From NCBI GenBank assembly GCA_045633305.1, contig JAZQYG010000024.1, positions 1-37,386 on the forward strand: DNA of 37,386 nt, in the 5' to 3' direction. Source of the DNA: Clostridia bacterium (GTDB lineage Bacteria; Bacillota; Clostridia; Christensenellales; RUG350). Position 1 is the first letter of the stretch. Each line of letters starts with the position of its first letter. Below, one piece after another: positions 26,232 through 33,215 of the stretch. Below the pieces are notes generated by a model. It was not told the origin of the DNA and made no database searches. It worked only from the letters and a program-made list of their open reading frames with translations. The translations under genes and the position numbers were made by a program.

Positions 26232-26266
26232 TAAAAAATCCTCTATTTCTCGTGAGAAAAAGAGGA
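26232..26266 (-). terminator. Cobalamin riboswitch expression-platform terminator
   Basis: The minus strand reads tcctctttttctc-ac-gagaaatagagga (one mismatch) followed by tttttt, 18 nt before the start codon. Confidence 0.7.
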
Positions 26267-26284
26267 TACGGCAAAGGATATACT

Positions 26285-26452
26285 ACACCCTATGCTAACA
26301 CCGCCCATCTCCCACCGAGACTGCTAACAGTCGTTTACGGGCAGGTCTCCTGACTCGGATAGCGTTACGCTTGCGACCTTCCCGGTTTCCCAGTGGTTTA
26401 TTCGCATTATCCTACAGTAGCGGGGGCTGTGATTAAACTTCCCTATTAAGTG
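26285..26452 (-). promoter_or_regulatory. Cobalamin (B12) riboswitch
   Basis: The minus strand reads AATAGGGAAGTTTAATCACAGCCCCCGCTACTGTAGG ... AACCACTGGGAAACCGGGAAGGTCGC ... GAGTCAGGAGACCTGCCCG (B12 box). Confidence 0.88.
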
Positions 26453-26479
26453 TTGTACACCCGTAAACCTATTAAATTG

Positions 26480-27130
26480 TTAATATTCGAGTTTTGGAAC
26501 TATGACTCTGGTATATTCGTCGTCAAGTTGAGAACGAGTAATATCAAAGTTGTCCGTGTCAAGATATTCGATAACGTCCTCGTCGAACTCTTTCAAAAAC
26601 GCGTCGACTTTGTCGATATCTATATCTACGCCTTTTGTCCTATAATGCATAGGAATAACGATATCGGGCATAAGCCTATCTACGTATTCCTTTGCTTTTT
26701 CGGCGTCAATCGTATAATTTCCGCCAACGGGGATTAATAAAACGTTAACCGGTCCTATCGCATCAACAAGTTCTGGAGAGCACTCCTCTCCTATATCACC
26801 CATATGACAAACGTTAATTCCGTCAATTCTAAATTTAAAAATTATATTATCACCGCGTAGTTCCCCTTGTTCTTCGTCGTGCATAGAACTAACGCTAGAT
26901 ACGTGAATACCTTTGATTTCACAAGCGACAATCTCGCTTAATATAACGGGATTTCCTTTGACGGATTCTCCGTTATTGTGGTCGTCGTGAGTGTGACTTA
27001 TTGTTACAAGGTCTGCTTTAACGTCAGGAAAATCTATCCCAACGTACGGGTGATAAGGGTCGGTAACCACCGTCGTTCCCGTGCTCTCAGTCAAGAGAAA
27101 GGACGAGTGGCCCAGCCATCGAACGTTCAT
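26480..27130 (-). CDS. MBL-fold metallo-hydrolase (UPF0173-like)
   Basis: WLGHSSFLL start and SHTHDDH metal motif, 216 aa. Confidence 0.8.
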   Translation of the reverse strand: MNVRWLGHSSFLLTESTGTTVVTDPYHPYVGIDFPDVKADLVTISHTHDDHNNGESVKGNPVILSEIVACEIKGIHVSSVSSMHDEEQGELRGDNIIFKFRIDGINVCHMGDIGEECSPELVDAIGPVNVLLIPVGGNYTIDAEKAKEYVDRLMPDIVIPMHYRTKGVDIDIDKVDAFLKEFDEDVIEYLDTDNFDITRSQLDDEYTRVIVPKLEY

Positions 27131-27141
27131 TTTTATCTCCT

Positions 27142-28290
27142 TTATTTTTGTTTATACTCAGAAACGAGTTTGTGTATTTTAGCCGAGGGGTCAATAACCG
27201 CGCTAATACTTCTGTTTTGGTTACAAGCGGCAACGATATAAGCGATATACTTGCTCATATCAGCCTCAACGTACCAAGGCTCGTCTTTAAGTTCGGGACG
27301 GGTGTAGGTAAGGTTAGTACCGATAACGGCGGTAATCAAACCTTCGTTGTACGCGTCTCTAAACTTTTCGATACCTTCGGTAAAAAGTGCGTAGGTGGTA
27401 GACAAATAAATCCTATTTGCTCCCGCCGCCTTCAAATCTTTTGCAAGTGAAAGTGAAGATTCACCAGATGCAATAATATCGTCAGCAACGAAAATATCCA
27501 TACCCATAGTAGGTCCACCAAGATATTCGTGCGCTACGATAGGATTACGTCCGTTAACTACGGTGGTGTAATCTCTACGCTTGTAGTACATACCAAGGTC
27601 AACGCCTAAAATTGATGCGTAATATTTGTTTCTGTACATAGCGCCTTCGTCCGGGCTAACTACCATAAAGTTGTTTTTGTCAAGTTTCAAATCGTCGAAA
27701 TTTCTCAAAAGCGCTTTGAGTACTTGATAGGTAGGCATAAAGTTGTCAAATCCCATCAAAGGTACTGCGTTTTGAACTCTGGGGTCGTGAGCGTCGAAAG
27801 TGATTATATCTTTGACTCCCATAGCCGAAAGTTCTTGGAGCATCATAGCCCCGTCAAGAGATTCTCTCATATTACGCTTGTGTTGTCTACCTCCGTACAA
27901 GGTAGGCATAATAACGGAAACTCTAGACGCTTTACCTCCGATAGCGGATATCATACGTTTGAGGTTAGCGTAGTGGTCGTCCGGGCTCATCCTATTAGTC
28001 TCGCCGAACATTGAATAAGTGCAACTGTAGTTGCCAACGTCAATAACGATAAACACGTCTCTACCTCTAACGCTCTCGTCAATTACGCCCTTACCGTCAC
28101 CGGTACTAAATCTTGGGCATTTGAGAGAAATCATAAAGGTGTCTACTTTTTCTTCGTTGACTTCGTTGAACCACTTAACGAGATAGTAATCTATTTTGGA
28201 ACAGAGGGCTTCCGAGCCGGGGGCAGCCATGAGTGCCAAAGGACTATGTGACCTCCCTGCGTGGAATAAAGGTTCTCCCGGTGCTAACAT
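27142..28290 (-). CDS. prs: Ribose-phosphate pyrophosphokinase, long form
   Basis: PRPP synthetase features YGGRQHKR (flexible loop) and FVADDIIASGESS (PRPP-binding loop). At 382 aa it is longer than the classical form of about 315 aa. Confidence 0.8.
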   Translation of the reverse strand: MLAPGEPLFHAGRSHSPLALMAAPGSEALCSKIDYYLVKWFNEVNEEKVDTFMISLKCPRFSTGDGKGVIDESVRGRDVFIVIDVGNYSCTYSMFGETNRMSPDDHYANLKRMISAIGGKASRVSVIMPTLYGGRQHKRNMRESLDGAMMLQELSAMGVKDIITFDAHDPRVQNAVPLMGFDNFMPTYQVLKALLRNFDDLKLDKNNFMVVSPDEGAMYRNKYYASILGVDLGMYYKRRDYTTVVNGRNPIVAHEYLGGPTMGMDIFVADDIIASGESSLSLAKDLKAAGANRIYLSTTYALFTEGIEKFRDAYNEGLITAVIGTNLTYTRPELKDEPWYVEADMSKYIAYIVAACNQNRSISAVIDPSAKIHKLVSEYKQK

Positions 28291-28328
28291 TATACTTTTC
28301 CTCCGTATAAATTATTATTTTCAATAAG

Positions 28329-28357
28329 AGTATAACATACTCTAAAATTAATTGCAA
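28329..28357 (-). promoter_or_regulatory. Promoter for prs
   Basis: The minus strand reads TTGCAA, 17-nt spacer, TATACT. Confidence 0.45.
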
Positions 28358-28457
28358 AATTTTTTGAGCGGTTTTTGTCATTTAATAACAATATTATTAA
28401 AAATAATATCCTCCGCCACAAAAAACGGCTATTTATAAATAACCAAATTATTCAGTC

Positions 28458-29510
28458 CTACTCTATGACTCCACCGCCAAGACAAATCTCACCGTCGTAC
28501 AAAACGCAGTACTGACCGGAGGCGATTGCTCTTTGCTTTTGGTCGAATTTAACCCTAACTTTGCCGTCCTCTAACCTTACCGAACATAATTGCTCGGGTT
28601 GACGATGACGAATACGAGCAGTTACTCTCTTTTCGCCTCGTATAGGCTCTCCGTTTATCCAGTTAAAACTCTCGCAAACAAGTTCGTCTTTGAATAAAAC
28701 GTCGTCCTCTCCGTGCGAAACGAACAAAATATTATTCGGAACGTCCTTGCCTATTACGAACCATCTTTCGCCCTCTCCGCCTATGCCGAGACCTTTTCTC
28801 TGACCAAGGGTGTAAAAATAAACTCCTTCGTGACGTCCTACTACTTTGCCGTCGCAAACGATATCTCCGGGTTTCATAGGAATATAATTTGACAAAAACT
28901 CGCGGAATTTACGCTCTCCTATAAAGCATATACCCGTACTGTCCTTTTTGTCCGCGGTAACGAGCCCTAGTTTATCTGCAATTTTACGAACTTCACCTTT
29001 TTCAATATCATGCAAAGGGAAAAGTACCTTTTCGATTTGTTTTTCGGATAGTTGGTTGAGATAATAAGTTTGGTCTTTTGCGCTATCTTTTGATTTGGTT
29101 AAATAAGTCCTTCCGTTTTCTCTCAAAACTCCGCAGTAGTGACCAGTTGCGATATAGTCTGCTCCCATAAGATTTGCTTTTTCTAAAAACGGTCCGAATT
29201 TAATCTCACGGTTGCACAAAACGTCGGGGTTAGGCGTTCTACCTTTTTTGTACTCCTCGACGAAATGAAGAAAAACTCTTTCCATATACTCTTTGGAAAA
29301 GTCAACCGAATAAAAAGGAATATCAAGATTCGCGCACACTCTCAAAGCGTCCGCGTAATCTTCTTCCGCAGTGCAGTGACCCGCGTCGTCGCTCTCTTTC
29401 CAGTTGCGCATAAACAAGCCTATGACGTCATAGCCTTGTTCTTTTAATAGGTACGCAGAGACCGAACTGTCTACTCCTCCGCTTATTCCAACTACTACTT
29501 TTTTACTCAT
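28458..29510 (-). CDS. mnmA: tRNA 2-thiouridine(34) synthase MnmA
   Basis: PP-loop VVVGISGGVDSSV, ATGHY and ICFIGER motifs. Confidence 0.95.
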   Translation of the reverse strand: MSKKVVVGISGGVDSSVSAYLLKEQGYDVIGLFMRNWKESDDAGHCTAEEDYADALRVCANLDIPFYSVDFSKEYMERVFLHFVEEYKKGRTPNPDVLCNREIKFGPFLEKANLMGADYIATGHYCGVLRENGRTYLTKSKDSAKDQTYYLNQLSEKQIEKVLFPLHDIEKGEVRKIADKLGLVTADKKDSTGICFIGERKFREFLSNYIPMKPGDIVCDGKVVGRHEGVYFYTLGQRKGLGIGGEGERWFVIGKDVPNNILFVSHGEDDVLFKDELVCESFNWINGEPIRGEKRVTARIRHRQPEQLCSVRLEDGKVRVKFDQKQRAIASGQYCVLYDGEICLGGGVIE

Positions 29511-30411
29511 ATAACTCCGTGGAAAGATATCTCGAACCCGTATCAGGAATAATAACTACGATATCTCCCTTGACTTTTTCACTTATTTTAACGCCCGCGC
29601 AAAGGGACGCGCCCGACGTGATACCGGCAAATATACCTTCTTCTTTTGCAAGTCTTCTAGCAAATTCGTACGCCTCTTCTTCCGAGACTTTTATAATTTC
29701 GTCAAAAAGGTCAACGTCTACGATAGTTGGAATAAAGCCCGCGCCTATACCTTGAAGATTATGCGCGCCTTTTTCTTCTCCAGACAAAACCGCGCTATTT
29801 TTGGGTTCAACGGCAATAATTTTTGCGTTTATTTTTTCTTCCTTGAATTTCTTTGCAATTCCGCAAAGCGTACCGCCCGTACCAACGCCTGCAACTACGG
29901 CGCTAACCGTAGGTAAATCACGAAGAATTTCCTTTGCCGTAGACTCGTAGTGCGCTTTTAAGTTGTCTTCGTTATCGAACTGCGAAGGGATAAATGAATC
30001 GGGATAAACTGCTTTGAGCCTTTCCGCCTCTTCTATTGCCCCAGCCATACCTTTACTTTTGTCAGTCAAAACAATCTCCGCGCCGTATGCAGACAAAGTA
30101 CGCACTCTTTCTTTACTCATATTCTCGGGCATAGTGAGAATAAGTTTGAGTTTACGTACCGCACAAAATAGGGCAAGTCCTATTCCCGTATTACCGCTAG
30201 TAGGCTCGATAATAACCGTACCACTTTTGATAACTCCCCTTTTTTCCGCCTCGTTTAACATAAAATAAGCGGTGCGGTCTTTTATGCTTCCGCCGGGATT
30301 CATAAATTCCGCTTTTACGTATATTCTACTCTTGCCGTCTTTTGCCGTTATGCTATTAAGACGAATTAGAGGGGTATTTCCTATCGTTTGAAGAACGTCA
30401 GTATAAAGCAT
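29503..30411 (-). CDS. cysK: Cysteine synthase A (O-acetylserine sulfhydrylase)
   Basis: PLP-lysine motif NPGGSIKDR, TSGNTGIGLA and GVGTGGT. 8-nt overlap with mnmA. Confidence 0.92.
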   Translation of the reverse strand: MLYTDVLQTIGNTPLIRLNSITAKDGKSRIYVKAEFMNPGGSIKDRTAYFMLNEAEKRGVIKSGTVIIEPTSGNTGIGLALFCAVRKLKLILTMPENMSKERVRTLSAYGAEIVLTDKSKGMAGAIEEAERLKAVYPDSFIPSQFDNEDNLKAHYESTAKEILRDLPTVSAVVAGVGTGGTLCGIAKKFKEEKINAKIIAVEPKNSAVLSGEEKGAHNLQGIGAGFIPTIVDVDLFDEIIKVSEEEAYEFARRLAKEEGIFAGITSGASLCAGVKISEKVKGDIVVIIPDTGSRYLSTELYE

Positions 30412-30429
30412 AGTTTTCTCCTTTTTTAT

Positions 30430-30458
30430 AGTATAGCATTATAACTTAAATTTTGCAA
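30430..30458 (-). promoter_or_regulatory. Promoter for cysK-mnmA, short leader
   Basis: The minus strand reads TTGCAA, 17-nt spacer, TATACT. Only about 12-20 nt then remain, including AAGGAG, before the ATG. Confidence 0.5.
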
Positions 30459-30469
30459 AGATTTTTCAC

Positions 30470-30498
30470 TTGACGAGCGGAGCAACTTTTGATAAAAT
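30470..30498 (+). promoter_or_regulatory. Extended -10 promoter for ACT-like/ABC operon
   Basis: TTGACG, 17-nt spacer ending in TGa, then TAAAAT. Confidence 0.55.
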
Positions 30499-30571
30499 AA
30501 AAATATCGGAAATCGATGACACGTTCGGAGATGATGAGTAGCAATATTCTTTTTTAAGTTTGTATTTTTGC

Positions 30572-30600
30572 ACGCTCGTTTTCTCCAACGAGCGTTTTTT
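30572..30600 (+). terminator. Promoter-proximal (leader) intrinsic terminator
   Basis: Hairpin acgctcgtt-ttctcc-aacgagcgt followed by T6, ending 13 nt before the ATG at 30614 and 4 nt before GGAGG. Confidence 0.7.
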
Positions 30601-30613
30601 ATTTGGAGGCAAA

Positions 30614-30862
30614 ATGGAAAGAATAGGAATAATAGGAATAATCGTAGACGGAAATGAAGTCGGAGGAGAAGCGCCCCAAAAAATTCAGGCAATTCTCTCT
30701 GAATACGCAAGCGTTATTATCGCAAGAACGGGCGTTCCCGTACACGAATTGAAACTGTCCGCAATAAGCGTGATACTAAAAGCAACGGTAGAACAATTTT
30801 CGGCAATTACTGGAAAACTCGGAAGAATTTCGGGCGTTTCCGTAAAATCACTTATAAAATAG
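30614..30862 (+). CDS. Small ACT/NikR-C-like protein, TM1266-family-like
   Basis: 82 aa from MERIGIIGIIV, with GGAGG upstream. The track extension from 30560 crosses the terminator. The IGIIGIIV...ARTGVP...ISVIL...ITGKLGRISGVSVKS pattern matches my recollection of the TM1266 family. Confidence 0.45.
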   Translation: MERIGIIGIIVDGNEVGGEAPQKIQAILSEYASVIIARTGVPVHELKLSAISVILKATVEQFSAITGKLGRISGVSVKSLIK

Positions 30863-30871
30863 AGGCTTTTT

Positions 30872-31852
30872 ATGAAAAAACCAATCAAAATTTTCGCAAT
30901 TTTACTCACACTCATTTTTTCTTTTTCGGCAATTTCTTGCGCAAAGAATCCCGATACGCCAGTCACTATATACGCTCCCGACGGCGCGCCCGCGCTATCT
31001 ATTGCAAGTCTAATAAACGAGGGCGCAACTATAAACGAAAGAGAGATTAACGTCACGATAAGCGACGGGGGGACGGTTAGCGCAAAACTTTCAAAAGGTG
31101 AAACCGACGTTGCAATCTTACCAGTGTCAGGAGGCGCGAAACTTTATTTAAAAGGCGGAGACTTCAAACTTTGCGCCGTTACCGTGTGGGGACTTAATTA
31201 TTTAGTCGGCAAATCTACTATTAATAGTTTAGACGAGTTAAAAGGAAAACTTATCCACTCAATCGGAAAGGGAGACACCCCCGATATAATGTTCAAAAAG
31301 GTGCTTGCAAATAGCGGAATTACCTACGAGGAAGGCGACACTCCCAAGGAAGGTACGGTGGTAATTAAGTATTACTCGGCGGGAAGTGAAATACTACCTC
31401 TTCTAAAAAACGGCACTGCACAGTACGCAGTAGTCGGCGAGCCTCTTGCATCTAAAGCAAAAGCGCCTGCAATAGGTTGCGTGGAAATATTAGACCTACA
31501 AAAAGAGTGGAAGGATATAACGGGAGTCGAAGTCGTTCAAGCGGGAGTATTCGTATCTAAAAGCGTTTACTCGGACAAAAACTTTATGAGCGATTTACTT
31601 GCAAAACTAAAACAAAACGACACTTTTTTAACTCAAAATTCCGACACTGCCACTACTCTACTCAAAAACAACGGTAGCGCGGTTGCTAACGGAACGACCT
31701 TCACGCCAGAGCTCATTGCTCGCTGTAATATAAAAACGGAAAGCGCAAAAGATAAAAAAGAAACTATAAACTCGTATTTTACCGAACTTAAATCTTTCGG
31801 CGCAATTCCATCAATCCCAAACGATAATTTTTATTATAATGAAGAAAATTAA
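30872..31852 (+). CDS. ABC transporter substrate-binding lipoprotein, NMT1/SsuA (NitT/TauT) type
   Basis: Signal peptide plus lipobox (AISC). Periplasmic-binding fold resembling sulfonate/HMP-type binders. It is coupled to the permease. Confidence 0.65.
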   Translation: MKKPIKIFAILLTLIFSFSAISCAKNPDTPVTIYAPDGAPALSIASLINEGATINEREINVTISDGGTVSAKLSKGETDVAILPVSGGAKLYLKGGDFKLCAVTVWGLNYLVGKSTINSLDELKGKLIHSIGKGDTPDIMFKKVLANSGITYEEGDTPKEGTVVIKYYSAGSEILPLLKNGTAQYAVVGEPLASKAKAPAIGCVEILDLQKEWKDITGVEVVQAGVFVSKSVYSDKNFMSDLLAKLKQNDTFLTQNSDTATTLLKNNGSAVANGTTFTPELIARCNIKTESAKDKKETINSYFTELKSFGAIPSIPNDNFYYNEEN

Positions 31853-32618
31853 CCAAAAAGTTTTATATGTATCAATAGGAATAATTTCCCTACTTTTGCT
31901 TTGGCAAATAGTTGCTATGGTTATTTCAACCTCATTTATTTTACCCACGCCCATAGAAACGGCGACGGAATTCATCAAATTATTTGGGGAGAGCAAACTC
32001 TACCTTGCCCTTTTATCTACTGGGTTAAGAACGATTATCGGATTTTTATTTGCCTTTATCGTAGCGGGAACTCTTGGTACGCTTGCATATCTTTTCCCCA
32101 AATTTAAGTACGCCTTTTCCCCTATCGTGACCGTACTCCGAGCAGTACCCACGATGTCGATAATTCTTCTTGCCGTCATTTGGTTTAATCCGAGCGTGAG
32201 TCCAGTTTTTATCGGATTTTTGATAATCTTTCCACTTCTTTACGAAAGATTCGCAAGCGCTCTATCCTCCGTTGACCCTAAACTCATTATGATGAGCAAG
32301 GTGTATAACGTTTCACTATCAGATAGAATAACGAAACTCTATATACCCTCTATCAGAAAAGACGTTTTGTCCTCGGCAAAAAGCACGATATCACTCAACG
32401 TCAAGGTAGTAATTGCGGGAGAAGTGCTTGCGTACACTGCAAAAAGCATAGGTTGGCAAATGTATAGCGCAAAAGTCAATATTTTTACCGCCTCGCTATT
32501 TGCTTGGACTATTTGGGCGCTCCTGCTTTCATTTTTATTTGAAGGCTTGGTAATACTTATTGATAAACTCACCGACCCCGTGAGAATAAGGGACAAGAAG
32601 AAAATGAATAATGAATAA
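31839..32618 (+). CDS. ABC transporter permease, NitT/TauT family
   Basis: 6-TM BPD-type permease with LLWQIVA... at the N-terminus and an EAA-like region (SKVYNVSLSDRITKLYIPSIRKDVLSS). 14-nt overlap with the binding-protein gene. Confidence 0.8.
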   Translation: MKKINQKVLYVSIGIISLLLLWQIVAMVISTSFILPTPIETATEFIKLFGESKLYLALLSTGLRTIIGFLFAFIVAGTLGTLAYLFPKFKYAFSPIVTVLRAVPTMSIILLAVIWFNPSVSPVFIGFLIIFPLLYERFASALSSVDPKLIMMSKVYNVSLSDRITKLYIPSIRKDVLSSAKSTISLNVKVVIAGEVLAYTAKSIGWQMYSAKVNIFTASLFAWTIWALLLSFLFEGLVILIDKLTDPVRIRDKKKMNNE

Positions 32619-32659
32619 TGAATAGTGAATAGTGAAAAAGTAATAAGTAATAAGTAAAA
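32604..32659 (+). repeat. Eight degenerate tandem heptads (ATGAATA x3, GTGAATA, GTGAAAA, AGTAATA x2, AGTAAAA)
   Basis: Read directly from the sequence. The permease stop codon lies inside the array. A six-heptad version occurs at 33140..33181. Confidence 0.85.
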
Positions 32660-32693
32660 TCGACAAACCCCATAATTGAGTTTGTCGATTTTT
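32619..32693. repeat. Direct repeat copy 1 (75 nt)
   Basis: Aligns with 33141..33215 at a 522-nt offset with 73/75 identities, by manual alignment. Confidence 0.9.
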
Positions 32694-32696
32694 TTT
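32658..32696. terminator. Terminator of ABC operon (inside repeat copy 1)
   Basis: Hairpin aatcgacaaa(c)-loop-(g)tttgtcgatt followed by T8, with AAAA upstream. Confidence 0.75.
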
Positions 32697-32715
32697 ATTG
32701 ATTCATATAGTTTAA

Positions 32716-33060
32716 TTAATTATTTTGCTTTGCCGTGTTTAAAGAAGAAATCAACAAGCGTTTTACTTCTATGCATAATTCTAAAATATCTTTTTCTGCA
32801 TAATATCCGCTTTCTATTAATAATTCTAGCCAATATTCACTTTCTGAACACTCTTTTAACGCTATCTGCAATTTCGCAATAAAATCTGCTTTACCGTGCG
32901 CATAAAACGCCTCTCTAATATTTGCTCCTACGCTCGTTCCTGAACGAATTAATTGATTCGTTAACACGCTTTCTTTTTTCGTGCTTTTTACTTCATTACA
33001 TACACGGATTATTTGCAGTGCAAACGCTTTAGATTTATTAGATAATAGACTCTCTTTCAT
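32716..33060 (-). CDS. Four-helix-bundle protein (23S rRNA intervening-sequence protein / Avd-like family)
   Basis: SGTSVGANIREAFYAHGKADFIAKLQIALKECSESEYWLELL is the family signature. I prefer the start at MKESLL (33060). The track start at 33096 would read into repeat sequence. Confidence 0.82.
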   Translation of the reverse strand: MKESLLSNKSKAFALQIIRVCNEVKSTKKESVLTNQLIRSGTSVGANIREAFYAHGKADFIAKLQIALKECSESEYWLELLIESGYYAEKDILELCIEVKRLLISSLNTAKQNN

Positions 33061-33088
33061 AACTCTTTTCTCTTTAATTTTACCATAC

Positions 33089-33138
33089 CTATTCACTATT
33101 CACTATTACTTATTACTTTCCAAAAATCGACAAATTTT
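33089..33138. repeat. Inverted, rearranged partial copy of the heptad/terminator-arm repeat
   Basis: ctattcactattcac + attacttattactt are reverse complements of the GTGAATAG and AGTAATAAGTAAT blocks, with module order swapped. These are followed by aaaaatcgacaaa, the left terminator arm only. Confidence 0.75.
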
Positions 33139-33140
33139 AG

Positions 33141-33215
33141 TGAAAAGTGAATAGTGAAAAAGTAATAAGTAACAAGTAAAATCGACAAACCCCATAATTG
33201 AGTTTGTCGATTTTT
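33141..33215. repeat. Direct repeat copy 2 (75 nt), includes the tRNA-Gln terminator hairpin
   Basis: 73/75 identical to 32619..32693. Its last base is the 3' terminal base of the tRNA. Confidence 0.9.

Noticed and set aside
28291-28457. A 46-codon ORF (ATG about 28392, minus strand) and an AT-only palindrome (aatattatt-ttt-aataatatt) upstream of prs. Also a weak hairpin after mnmA.
   Set aside because: The small ORF runs through the prs promoter and RBS and into prs out of frame. The palindrome is pure A/T and could arise by chance in this AT-rich spacer. The mnmA hairpin has a mismatch and a poor U-run, so I did not call it a terminator.
30412-30470. T-box, S-box or other riboswitch upstream of cysK.
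   Set aside because: The cysK promoter (-10 at 30430..30435) leaves only a leader of about 20 nt containing the RBS. There is no room for a structured element.
30426-31056. Minus-strand ORFs 30426..30710 and 30685..31056, plus the long N-terminal extensions of track ORFs starting at 30560, 26274, 34111, 33096 and 22432.
   Set aside because: The extensions cross promoters, terminators or repeats. Internal Met starts with good RBS and homologous N-termini fit better. The minus-strand ORFs oppose the supported ACT-like and binding-protein genes.
32604-33215. CRISPR array or IS element as an explanation for the repeats.
   Set aside because: There are only two long direct copies, 522 nt apart, enclosing a real ORF. 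There is no regular repeat-spacer periodicity, no cas genes, no transposase and no terminal inverted repeats of IS type.
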